Assembly (NCBI RefSeq): GCF_000143415.4
Contig: NW_003314362.1
Location: 333,648-397,647 of the forward strand
Reading direction: 5' to 3'
Source: Selaginella moellendorffii
Lineage: Eukaryota > Plantae > Lycopodiophyta
DNA: 64,000 nucleotides
Shown: positions 21,801 to 35,000 of the stretch, in pieces
How positions within the stretch are numbered: the first letter of the stretch is position 1
Layout: each line of letters opens with the position of its first letter
Program-made: the position numbers and the translations under genes
The notes under the pieces: model-generated
What the model saw: only the letters and a program-made list of their open reading frames with translations
What the model was told of the DNA's origin: nothing
The model's database searches: none

Positions 21801-24800
21801 TTTCCATAAATAGTAGTTGGGACCGAAATGAGACTAACACAAAGGGCATGATAGCGAGGGTGTTTGGCAGACACAGTAAGCTATCATCTAGCGATATTGA
21901 GGGACCAAGCTCAATATCGCGGGGGTTCCCAACACTAGCAAGTGCAAGCCAACATCATGAGTTTCTCATCACCGTGTCAAGTTTGCTTGACTAAATGACA
22001 ACTTAGGATTTCCTTCCTTAGTGCCCTTCCAGTCTAAGTGCACATGTGATGACCAGTTTCTCAACTAGCTTAGGCAGAGACTGATAACAGGTCCAGTAAT
22101 ACCGACCTCTTGCCATCGTGGTAGTAAGGTAAGAGTGTCCGTAAGGATTGGTCGACAGGTAGTTTTCAATACCCGAAGTCACATTCGCGACACTCTCCTG
22201 CATACTCGAGTCTAGAATACCGCCAAGGAAACAACTCCAGAAAAAGTTCACGGTACTTACACTATGTGAGAAATGCACTAACTTAAATGAGTTAGGGGTA
22301 ACCTCTTTGTCTAACGCGGATGCGCTACCAGCTCAGACACCTTCCGGCCGTCGCCGACAAGGAAATGACCAACGGAGTGAGCCACCCTTGCTGCTCTGGT
22401 TGTCATCTAGCTTACAAAAGTGTGATATGCCCTGCCCATAGAGACATAGAGAGAGGAGCCAGGGGCCCCAACCCTTCTGAGCAAAAAAACCAAACCCGTC
22501 AGTAAGGTTTAGATAGACTACTGTAAACATGCAATTAGAGTTGTTTACACGGTCACGCCCGTTCAACGGAATAAGGAATATCGACAAAGAGGCGGGTTAT
22601 GTGACCAGTCGACAGTAGCTACCCCATGACTAGAGATTTCACCATGCACACGAAGTCCCGAAGCCAGTCTGCCTATACTGGCCCAAACTCAAAGATCAAT
22701 AGATGGACAATATCAAAGTCATAGACAATGATATCTTAGAGGCTTAATTATCAGTGAGTATATCTTAGAATAGAACACAAAAGTATTCTAATTAAGTTGT
22801 CATCCGATAAACTAGTATTATAGGATAGGAACCACCAAGATCATCATCTTTGGAAACATAGGATGGACCATCCAACAAAGTTCAATAGCAAGTATATCAT
22901 TAAGGAAACTCAATGATGAAACTTAACTACCAAAGATGGCAGATAGTATGCGAAACAACTTACTAAAGATAACTCAAAGAACACAAAGTATCATTGACTA
23001 GCAAGTAAGATGCTCGCGAATGTATCACCCGAAGGAAATAACATCTCAATCGATCAGAACTAACTCGAGCAACAATCAACAGAATAGAATGAATGTGGCA
23101 AGTCCAACAAACACTCGTTTATGCCAACTATCACACTAGCTAATCTGAATAGATCCCAATCAACAATACAAAGGAACCAAAGTTGTTTAAGCAAGTGTCA
23201 GCAATATCCTTTTGATGTCTCAAACCCAAGAGACCAATCCAGAGCAAATCACAAAGAACACGTGGTATTGCAAAAAGCCAAAAGCCTTCAAAGAGAATAA
23301 CGAACCATCATGAAAGACCATCAATCATCCCATCAATAAAGAGATGCATAATCATCATTGAAGAAAGAATTTACCATCCCAAAGAACAGTAACTCAGTTT
23401 ATTTTAACAATAATCAAGCAAAACTCTTGACAAGGATAATCAACTATCTTAGATGATAGTTAATCATCACCAATGAGTGTTAGATGCAAAAGCTAACTTC
23501 AACATCGAAACTAATGAGCTAAAATGCCTTCCCCAACAACTTCTAACAAATGGAACAATGAGCATAAAACTCAAAGAACCAAAAGCTCAAAGAAGCTTAT
23601 AGCCAAGTCGTACCTAATAATGATCACAAGTCTTGCATAACTAATTCCAATGTTAAAGAAGAAATCATGGTACAACCCACAATATCTTCCTCAATACATC
23701 CATAAGCTAAACTTCATAATGCTAAAGTTAATGAAGAGCATGTTTGCATTAATCCAAAAGCCAAACACCATGGAGCTATGCTCAACAAGTGATCACAAAA
23801 CGATCCTCCATGAATCCATCTATAGCAAAATGTAACTCACTTCATAACAAGCATAAGAAGAATCATTAATGATTGATATATTCCAACTCAAATCCAACAA
23901 GGATTCAAACTTTCCAATATCAATCATTAACTCTTCCGCTTGTAGAGTTAGCATAGTCCACGACTGAATCACTTTTCAAGGAAAAGCCAAAGCTTAACCC
24001 CTACTAAATAATCCTGTCTAGAACACAACTAACTCAAACTTGCCATTTAGTTCGTTTGAACGTCAACACAGTTGCTAACTAGCAAATGCATGAATGCCAA
24101 CAACATAAAGCTACAACCAAATCATCAACACTATCTCTATCGAGACTAATGAAACTCAATATCAATCGAGAGAGAGATATCTCATTTCACTTGAATCTCA
24201 ACATCAATATTGTCAACGGCAAGGCATCACTTCAATGTCATCAACACCATAACAAAGTTAAACGAAAGCACGAGTGAATCACCACTCAAAACTCTCTAGC
24301 AACTAAGCTAACCAAAGTCGAAGATACTTTACTCAGCATCCGAGACCAATCCTTCAGCAAAACTCAGTTACAGATAACACTTCCTCAAGGAGTGAATCAC
24401 CACATCCAAGACTCAATGAAATCCAACACGATAGACTAAATGCAACCAAATGATATTAACAGAGGTAGAATCAACATGCCAACATGGAAAACCCATGTAA
24501 GTCTAACAACACGATCCTCCACAACACCATCCGGTAAAGCAAGCCCATCACTGCTAATTCTTCATCGAGTGAAGCAAGTATCAATAGTCCTTGACAAAGT
24601 CTACAAGCAATCACTAGTTGCAAAGCAACCAACAATCACTCTTCAACTTGCCTTCACAAGATCTAACACTAAACTCATGTCATCAAGTTATATACTCATC
24701 CAACATAAACATAATACCTCAAGTATGAGATAAAGGTTTATGGACAAGCATAACAAAATGACCACTCAAATCCAACTCAACCGCAATAAGCTCACTAATG

Positions 24801-25219
24801 CATTTAGCCACTAGCTCTGAGCATGCCTTGAAGAGGCTAGCTATGCATGATCAACACTAAGCCGAAACTAATATGAAGACCATGAGATGAACTCATATCG
24901 GTACACAACCTCCACTTGGTCAAAGCTATAGTATGGGTACCAACATCTTAAACTCAAACAACTAAATTGGACATCACTATCCTCAGCCAAGGCGCAAAGC
25001 CACCAAAACCAAGTCAAGATCAGTGAGAGCTCACTACTCTCATAGAGTCTAACAAAGTGCAAGGTGCAACCTGCCACCAAGCATAACGCTATAGAAGAAA
25101 GGCACAAGGGTCACCCTTCTTAGAAAAGTGCAATAGCCACTTTTCTACACCAACTCCAAACTCTATCCAACTCAATTGCCTTATCCCCAAAAGTTAGCAT
25201 CCCTTTCGGGCCGCATCAT

Positions 25220-28200
25220 TGTAGCGCACCTGAATTTGGAGCCGAACTCCAAGCCCGTTGCGCTACGAAACGAGGGTCCAGTACAATCCCACGAGCACCA
25301 GCTCCCCGTATCCAGCACCTGCACGCAAAATGGTGTCAGACGGAGTCTGGCACAATTTTGGCATACCGGTGGCCTAACGCGAGGAGGAGGGTACTCCACC
25401 GACTAGAGCAGCGTGGAGCTTGGGCTTAGACCCAAGCCGGACGCAGAACAAGGAGCGACACAACCCAGCGGGAGCCAAACTAATGTCTCAGGTGGTCGGA
25501 CATGCATTCCAACCACTATCCCTACTATACATTTGGAACCCCCCACAGCCCCCCCCCCCCCCCTTTAAGGGACATACGCTTTGGGCTTTCACCCCAAGCC
25601 TCCCTTAGTACCAGGAGTTAGTCTCTGGGACAAGTCCGAAACTTACCAAATATAGAATGGCACTAGATTGCGAATTTAGACACGGGACGAACACCATTGT
25701 GTTCAAGCCGACCTCTACACTCCGTAGATATACTTTCCATAAATAGCATTTGGGACCGAAATGAGACTAACACAAAGGTCGTGATAGCAAGGGTGTTTGG
25801 CAGACACGGTAAGCTATCATCCAGCGATATTGAGGGACTAGTCTCAATACGCGAGGGTTCTTGCCAAGTTAGTGCAAGACAGAGCAAAAGAGAACTAAGA
25901 GCCAGGCCAAGAATGCTCAGCTAAAAACACATAGGAGTTCCTACCTTATGTCTATCTGGCTAAGTACAGATGCTAAGCCCAGTAAACTAACACTTGGACA
26001 AGAGGGGCCAATAAAGGGAACCAGTAGTACTGACCTCCTGCCGTCATGGTAGTAAGGAGAGAGTGTCCGTAAGGACTAGTCGACAAGTATCTTTCGATAC
26101 CCAAAGTCACATTCGCGACACTCTCCCCCCCTTAGGGAAGATCGACGTCCTCGTCGATGTATACCCGAGTCTAGCAAACCGTCAAGGAAACAACTCCGAA
26201 AGTTAACGGAAAGCACACTATGTGGGAAACACACTAACTTAAATGAGTTAGGGAACGACCTCTCCTCTACGTCCAAAGACGTTAAGACTCAGACATCCTT
26301 CGGCCGTCACCGACAAGGAAATGACTAACAAAGTTAACCACCCTTGCTGCTCCGAGTACCACTCAGCTTACAAAGGAATGATACATCCCTGCCTGCAGGG
26401 ACATAGGGAGAAGGCCAGAGGCGATCTCCCCTGAGCAAGAAATCAACCCCGTCGGGAAGATTTAGATAACTACTATAAACTGGCAGATTAAGTTGTTTAC
26501 ACGACCACACCCCTTTTCGAAAATGAGTCATCGAGAGAGAGGCGGGGACTTGTGATCAGTCTATAATAGTTATCCCCATGGTTATGGATTGGACCCATGC
26601 ACCGAAGTGCCGAAGTCAGCCTGCCAAAACTGACCCAAGTACGAACGAACGAGAGAAACAACACTTTGATTTACAGAAATATATATGACTTTATTAATTT
26701 GCAAGATTTATTACAAGATTTACAAAAGCTAGTTTTTATTACGATTTTCATACTCCGTGACAAGCTCATGAGCATGTGTAAGATTCCTAAGAGGTTCCCA
26801 AGTTGATTCACAAGTCGAGTAACCTTTCCACTTAACGAGATATTCCTTCGCATGAGCCTGTCTCCGAAACCGAGAATCTAAGATAGATTCAGCTTCGTAC
26901 TCAGGTTCACCATCCACGATTACTGGCGGAGGATGCAAATCCGTAGAGCGTTCCACAGCAGCATGATATGGTGCTAGTAAACTGACATGAAACACATCAT
27001 GTAGCTGAGATAACTCATCCGGAAGATCCAACTTATAGGATACATCACCAATGGGTTTTAACACCCGATAGGGTCCAATATATCTCGGCAAGAGCTTCCG
27101 AGACAGAGAACCCTTAATGTTCAAATTCTGGGAAGATAGCCACACCTGATTTCCCACTTGATAGGATACATCCCGACGATGCTGATCCTTATCACATCGA
27201 TACCTATCTTGAGCTTTGCCCATCGCCTCAGTTGCCCTAGACCAACCTTGATGTAGCTGCTCCGCATAAGTCTCAACGGCCGGGACCAATACCTCGGACA
27301 TTGGTTTCGGTATAACAATCTGTTGGGGAACCCCACGAGCATTCCCTTGCAGCATCTCCCATGGAGAACAGCCTATAGCGCTGTGAAATGTGTTGTTATA
27401 ACATATTTCTGTTGTATCCAAATGCTCAACCTAGTCGCGTTGGTCTGCCGCAACATAGTACCGCAGATAATCCTCAACTTGAGCATTCACACGTTCGGTC
27501 TGCCTATCAGTCTGAGGATGATAAGCCGTACTAAACTTTAACTTGGTACTGAACAATTGGAACAGTGTGCCCCAAAACTTCCCCGTAAACCTTGAATCTC
27601 TATCTGAGATCATCTCTTTAGGAAGACCACGAACCCGCACTACTTCATGGAAAAAGAGTTTTGCTGCTTGTTTCGCATTCACTGTTCCCACAGTTGGAAT
27701 GAAGTGTGCAATCTTTGACAACCGATCCACAACCACCATCAAAGTATCGTAACCCTTAGACTTCGGCAAGCAAGTGACGAAATCAAGTGTCACACTCTGA
27801 AATGGTCATGCCGGTATTGGAATGCACTGCAACTTTCCAGCCTGCTTCTCAGCTTTGCACTTACATTGCTGGCATATAGGGCAGGAACGGACATAGTCCA
27901 CTACATCACCTTCCATACCAGACCAGAAAAATCCCTTTTTTAACGAAGCCAGAGTCTTTTGCTGTCCACCATGTCCTGCTGCTGGAACATCATGATGTTC
28001 CCGCAGAAATAACTGTTGAAGATCCTTAGAGGGAAGGTACAATCTTTCTTGCTTATAGAATATAAGCCCATCCCGAACTGAGAAGTGAAGCTTCGCATTA
28101 GTGCGACTAGCAACTTTTGCTGCTTTGCTACCAGGGCTCCGCTTCAACAACCCCGCACGGCATAAGATTGCCTTCGCCAATGGATCACTTCCATACGAAG

Positions 28201-29081
28201 CCTGAACATCTTCCAACCAGTCCGAACTGATTGCCGATATTGCCCGGAATTGAGCTTGACGACTCAATGCATCCGGAACAACATTGTCTTTACCAGGTTT
28301 ATATATGATTTCAATATCATATCTAGCAAGCTTCTCTTGCCAACGAGCCTACTTCGGCGTAAGCTTAGGCTGCGTAGCAAAGTAGCTTAGTGTGTTACTA
28401 TCTGTATAAACCTTGGTGTGTCCACCCAAGTAGTGTCTCCAGTGTTCCAGGGCCGACACTATAGCAAACATCTCTTTCTCATGCGTTGGCCATCTTCGTT
28501 GGGTTTCATCCAATTGAGGGACACACGCTTTGGGCTTTCACCCCAAGCCTCCTTTAGTACCAGGAGTTAGTCTCTGGGACAAGTCCAAAACTTACCAAAT
28601 ATAGAATGGCGCTAGATTGCGAATTTGGACACGGGACGAACACCATTGTGTTCAGGCCGACCTCTACACTCCGTAGATATGCCAAATGAGCAAATTTAGA
28701 CACTTTCCATAAATAGCATTTGGGACCGAAATGAGACTAACACAAAGGTCGTGATAGCGAGGGTGTTTGGTAGACACAGTAAGCTATCATCTAGCGATAT
28801 TGAGGGACTAGTCTCAATACGCAAGGGTTCTTGCCAAGTTAGTGCAAGACAGAGCAAAAGAGAACTAAGAGCCAGGCTGAGAATGCTCAGCTAAAAACAC
28901 ATAGGAGTATGTCTATCTAGCTAAGTACAGATGCTAAGCTCAGTAAACTAACACTTGGACAAGAGGGGCTAATAAAGGGAACCAACAGTACCGACCTCCT
29001 GCCGTCATGGCAGTAAGGAGAGAGTGTCCGTAAGGACTAGTCGACAAGTATCTTTCGATACCCAAAGTCACATTCGCGACA
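25220..29081 (-). mobile_element. Internally deleted Ty3/gypsy chromovirus nested in the 21049 element
   Basis: TSD ATCAT; 3' LTR 25220-26120 with PPT (CTCTCCCCCCCTT on plus); truncated 5' LTR ~28515-29081; retains RNase H, integrase and chromodomain sequence. Confidence 0.92.
26729..28510 (-). pseudogene. pol remnant: RNase H, integrase (HHCC, DDE, GPY/F) and chromodomain with in-frame stops
   Basis: HDVPAAGHGG...CPICQ, TLDFVTCLP...VVVDRLSK, SDRDSRF, HPQTDRQTER, RYIGPYRV, HDVFHVSLL, EYEAESILD...YLVKWKGY...STWEP; stops at ~27431, ~27806 and in RNase H. Confidence 0.9.
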
Positions 29082-32000
29082 ATCATATAAACTACTTACT
29101 AAGGTCTAAGCCAACTGAAGTCAACTCCAACCATTTCACTAGTTTGTATTGGCTTACGAAAACGGAATGATTTTCGGGCAAAGTAATCAACAGATCAGCC
29201 ATTGGAAAAGTCTAAGAAAATTTGTGGAAAATTTTCCATCCTAGAGAAAGAATGACTCTCAATCTAGAAATGCAAACTTTCAAGACTCAACCAACTTCCT
29301 CCTACCTACAATTTCACATAGGTTCACTTCAATATCAATTCTCATGACTCATAGTATGCTTAAGCCTCGAACATCTTTTTGCCCATACTTCCGACATCTA
29401 ACATTGACATTCGCAAAATCCAAAGTGAACATCCAAGGCTTGATCACAAAGACCACATCTTCAGATATCCATATTACACTAACACTTTTCTTCAACCACC
29501 TTCAAGATCCAACATGAAGCCAAAACATTAACAAGAAAAATGACATGGAAAATCAAGCTCTAAGGAAAATTCCTTATCATTTGAAGAACAATGCCACTTC
29601 CACTAACACAAGTGCTAGCGATGTCAATGCCTCAACTACACACTTTCTCCATCCAACAATCTACTCCAAGTGCTAACGGAGAAACCAACAAGTTATAGCA
29701 AGTGAATGTTATAACCCTTTTCCAACACCTAATGGGCACACCCTCAAGGAACAAGGAACCAACTTAAGCTTAGCATAATGGACCACCATCGAGATTCCAG
29801 TCAAAGCTACTACAATGCTTCGTGTAAGTAGACTAGCTTCACCATCAACCACTTTGGGGTTGATCATCATTTGACCAAGCAACTTCGTAAACACATTGCT
29901 CATTATCACATGGATATGATATGAAAATCACAATGTCTTGATCATCAATTGAGTAACACCATGAGCAATGCCAATGTCATTACTTCAAAGGTTTATATGA
30001 GTATCAAGTGCCAACTCAATTCGACAAAATGCAACATAAATGCCACACTCCACCGATAGAGATTTACAACACTGAACACCACTAACTTTTGTTCACAACA
30101 CAGACAAGCTCATGCCACTTTCTTTCCGACCAAACTCAAAACTAATCCAACACCAAGCTACTCAAGGAGCAATAGCAAGGTTCCCCAGAAAAGAATTGAG
30201 CATTGCAACCCCCAAGTCTCCCAATAGCAAGCCTAAACAAAATGGTTTAGCGCTTCACTGCTATCCATCCCATAACTCACCATTTGTAAGACCATCATTT
30301 CCAACATGCATCAAGATAGGGACTCTTGATTGCATGATGTGAACACGAGCAATGAGTCACACCTCGTTGCAAATCATTTCTCCAAGAGAAGATGATTTAC
30401 GTGTTTGATCCTTCGTCCCTGACGACTCTCTTTTCGGTTTCATCTTTGACTAAACCTCAAGCTTGCTTTCACACTGCCTTCAGTCCAATCCAAGAAAAGT
30501 TTATGAGAGAGCACAGCAATGACTACTTGAACCAATAGACTAATCCCTATAGTCTTAATTGATCCACTCATAATCATGCCTAGGAAGGATCCACTAGTGC
30601 CGTGCTAAACAGCTACGGACCAGCCTATTTGCCACTCACAGCAAACCCAGGGAAAGGTTTACTTAACCCACGGTACATGGAACAACTCATGGAACCACCG
30701 ATAGGCTAACATTAATCCTGTCAACTCAAAGTGTATCCTTGAGTTGCTAATGTGCCCCACTCACGAGCCCAAGCTCAAACTCGTGCAAACGGAACAACTC
30801 AATCCCTCTTGTGAGCCCAAACTCAAGCTCACAAAATATGGTACAACAAGGTAACCAAATCCATACCCAAGGAACTATTGCGAAGCCTTTGCACCCAAAC
30901 GTGTACCCACTCGGATCATCGTTTTCATCTCTGCATATGCAACGAGACTAGTTGCCCAATCTCATTGTATAGTACTCGCTGAGACGTATCCTCTGATACC
31001 AAATGTAGCGCATTGGTTTTGACCCTTTATCCTATGGTGATTTACCATAGGATAACACCACGGAGCAGAACCTAAACCCTCTTTGTGCCACGTGACAGGT
31101 GCCACGTGTCACATGCCACGTGTCCATGCCACGTGACCTGAGGTTTAGGGCCTTGGGGCCACTGAACGAAGGAACGGTGCCAAACTCCCAAGCACGAAGC
31201 CAAGGAGTGACGGAACCAAACCACGGAGCAACTCCCGAGCATGTAGCCCAAAGAGCGAAGGGACAGAAGCCCGGAGCGACTTGGAACAGTCCTAGAGTAA
31301 CCAGCATCCCAATGCTAGGACTAGCATGCAAAACGGAGCCAAACGAAGTCTAGCGCTATTTCGGCATACCGGTGGCCTAACGTGAGGACATAGGTACTCC
31401 ACCAGCTAGCATGGAATGGAACTTGGGTTTAGACCCAAGCCGGACGCAGAACAAGGACAGGCACGCAAGCGGGAGCTAGACTTTGCCTCAGGTTAGTCGG
31501 CCCCCCCTATCCCTTTTATACATTTGGAACCCCCCACAGGCCCCCCCCCCCCCCCTTGAGGAACACACGCTTTGGGCTTTCACCCTAAGCCTCCCTTAGT
31601 ATCAGGAGTTAGTCTCTGGAACAAGTTTGAAATTTACTAAATATGGAATGGCGCTAGATTGTGAATTTGGACACGGGACGAACACCATTGTGTTCAGGCC
31701 AATCTCTACATTTCGTAGATATGCCAAATGAGCAAATCTGGACACTTTCCATAAATAGTAGTTGAGACCGAAATGAGACTAACACAAAGGGCATGATAGT
31801 AAGGGTGTTTGGCAGACACGGTAAGCTATCATCTAGCGATATTGAGGGACCAAGCTCAATATCGCGAGGGTTCCCAACACTAGCAAGTGCAAGTCAACAT
31901 CATGAATTTCTCATCACCGTGTCAAGTTTGCTTGACTAAATGACAACTTAGGATTTCCTTCCTTAGTGCCCTTCCGGTCTAAATGCACATGTGATGACCA

Positions 32001-35000
32001 GTTTCTCAACTAGCTTAGGCGGAGACTGATAACGGGTCCAGCAATACCGACCTCCTGCCATCGTAGCAGTAAGGTAAGAGTGTCCGTAAGGACTGGTCGA
32101 CAGGTAACTTTCGATACCTAAAGTCATATTCGCGACAGGAACCCCCCCCCCCGTTGAGGAATGCACACTTTGGGCTTTCACCCCTAGTCTCTTTTAATAC
32201 CAAGAGTTAGTCTCTAGAATAAGTTTGAAATATACTAAATATGGAATTGTGCTAAATTACAAATTTGGATATAGAACTAACACTATTGTGTTTAGGACAA
32301 TCTTTACATTTTATAAATATGCCAAATTAACAAATCTAGACACTTTCCATAAATAACAAATGGGACCGAAATGAAACTAACATAAGAGGCATAATAACAA
32401 GGGTGTTTAGTAAACATAGTAAATTATCATTTAGCAAATATTGAGGGACCAAACTCAATATAGGGTGTTATTTTTTTATTAAACAAGTATATAACTCGAT
32501 GATGTGAGTTTAATATTTAGGTCTTGTGAAGGCAACTTAAAGTTGCTCTACGACTAATAATTTTGTGTAAACTTCATTAAGGACTATTGACACTTCCTTT
32601 ACTCGATGATGAGTTAGTAATGATGGGCTTATCTTACCAAATAGTGTTGCAAAGGATTGTGTTATGGGTTTTTATGGTTTTTCCATGTTGGCGTATCAAC
32701 TCTATCTCTGTCAATATCATTTGGTTGCATTTATTTTGTGATGTTGGATTACATTAAGTTTTAAATGTGGTGAATCCTTCCTTGATATCTGTTATTTGTA
32801 GGTAAGTATTGTTGAAAAATTAGTCTCAAATACTGAGTAAGGTATCTTTGACTTTGGTTAGCTTGGTTGCTAAAGGATTTAAAGTAGTGATTCATTCTTG
32901 CTTTCTTTTAGTTTTATTTTGATATTGATGGCATTGAAGTGATACTTTATCATTGACATTGTTGATGTTGAGATTCACAAGATTGATATTAAGTTTCGCT
33001 AGTTTTAATGTAAATAGTATTAATGATTTAGATATAGCTTTGTGTTATTGGCATTCATATATTTGCTAGCTAGTAACTATATTATCATTCAAACAAACTG
33101 AGTAGCAAGTTGAGTTAATTATATTCTAGATAACATTGTTTAGTAGGGGTTGAGATTTGGCTTTTCCTTGAAAAGTGATTTAATTATGGACTATACTAGT
33201 TTTACGAGAGGAAAAGTTAGTGATCGATATTAAAGTTGGTTTTTTGTTAGATTTGAGTTGAGAATAAATCGATCATCGATAATTCTTTTTATGTTTGTTA
33301 TAAAGTGAGTTACATTTTATAGAATATAAATTCATGGAGGATTGGTTTGGTAATGACTTATTTAGCATAACTTTATTATGCTTATATTTTAGATTGATGC
33401 AAACATGCTTTTCATTAGCTTTAGCATCATAAATTTAGCTTTTTGACGTGTTGAGGAAGATATTGTGGGTTGTACTGTGATTTCTTCTTTAACATTGACA
33501 TTAGTTCATGCAAGATTTGTGACCATGATTAAGTGAGACTTGGCTATAGATTTCTTCGAACTTTTAATTCTTTAAGTTTTATGTTCATTATTCCATTTGT
33601 TAAAAGTTTTTGGGGAAGGCATTTTGGCTTATTATCTTCAATATTAAAGCTAGTATTTTGCATCTAGCAATCATTAGTGATGATTGACTATCATTCAAGC
33701 TAATTAATTATCCTTGACAAAGTTTTGCTTAATTGTTGTTAATATAGAATGATTTGTCCTTTTTCGGGATAGTGGATTGACCGGAACTTGTGACCATGAT
33801 GTTGTTACTTGTTTGTGATCTGCCAGAGGTTTACATCCAAATAAAGAAATGATCGTATTATTGTTCTTTCAAGTTTTTCAAACAGCTGATACATTTTCTT
33901 TCCTTGACTTCCTCATCTATACTGATATTGATATTGTTGTTGTTATTACTTTTGTTTATTTGATTATACATCTTTGGAGAGTTCCTCAAAGACCTGAACA
34001 TGGTCGGCATCAATCTCCCGAAAATCCTCAAAGACAGCCTAATCTCCAATGGTAGGATACAGATCAAATCCTGAATTCTGTTGACAGCATTAGCATCCAA
34101 AGACAACAGACCCCTTCTGCCTGAGGTAGACACAACACATTCTGAAAAGTGGCAAACACAAAAAGTAGAAACACCAAAGCAGCCTGGCTTAAATGCATTA
34201 GTGTTTAAATGCAGTAATTCATACATTAATATATCAAGAGAGTGATTACGATTGATGATCTTGCTGTGGTTTATGTATGGCCCCGCTACAGATTTGCAAG
34301 ACCCTAGCCAAAGAAAAAGCAAAGGAATTACATGGCTGCTAAAACCACTTCATCTATAGATGCTGTTGAGCTTGGTGTGCTGGAACACCTCAAATTCCTT
34401 CCAAGAGTCAATTAAGTCACACAACGTTCGTATCTTCCCCTGAATTTCATCGTCCATCCTGTGATACCAATCACCCTAAACCAACACCAGAAACATCAAG
34501 ATGTTGCCACCTTTGAAATGTATCCTCCTGCCCAGAGTTGGTCCCAAGAGCATCGACGACATGGAAAACACTCGTTTAGCTTTTGCAAGATTGTCTTGAT
34601 TGCAAAGTGTATTGGCAAGGAGACAAGGTTTCTTTGAGGGATTGAGTCAAAAACATATTTCACCGCACTGGGCGTTTGCTCGGAGCATTCCAGTCCACCC
34701 CATAACATCGTGCTGTGGCAGTCTCTCATATATGCCTCTCGCAAGATTAGTGCAGCCATGCTCCGCAAAAGAGTTGACAGGTGTTGCCCATGACACGGAA
34801 TCTCTCTGTGTCATCCTCGCAAAGAACTTTTGTGCTTGCATCCGCAGCGATCATAGAGTTCCATAGGACTGGATTGCTCAGTTTTTTTGTGTGTGAGAAT
34901 CATGATCTCGTTCCATCCTGACAACAGCTTCTTTGCTTCGAGAATCACATTCCACGACACAGAGTCTCTCAGGCATGTTTTCAAATTGGTTTCTAGCCTC

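Larger units (their letters stand above)
21049..32137 (-). mobile_element. Non-autonomous LTR retrotransposon (LTRs 21049-22192 and 31004-32137), specific to copy 1
   Basis: TG...CA LTRs of ~1.14 kb; TSD GGAAC; PBS complementary to tRNA-iMet (CTCTGATACCA, 30991-31001); no gag/pol ORF of its own. Confidence 0.92.
20539..33770. mobile_element. Old degenerate LTR plus inverted internal-region relic (uninterrupted in copy 2 at ~55173-57290), host of the 21049 insertion
   Basis: Begins TGTAGCACATGTGGTTTT like the LTR at 21049 but is AT-drifted; ~32470-33770 is the reverse complement of ~23390-24720. Confidence 0.75.
10349..34626. repeat. Tandem segmental repeat, copy 1 (~11.5 kb core plus two copy-specific LTR insertions)
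   Basis: Sequence from GGTTTCTTTGAGGGATTGAG recurs at 34627 and 58156; the ORF track repeats with offsets of about +24271 and +47807. Confidence 0.95.
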
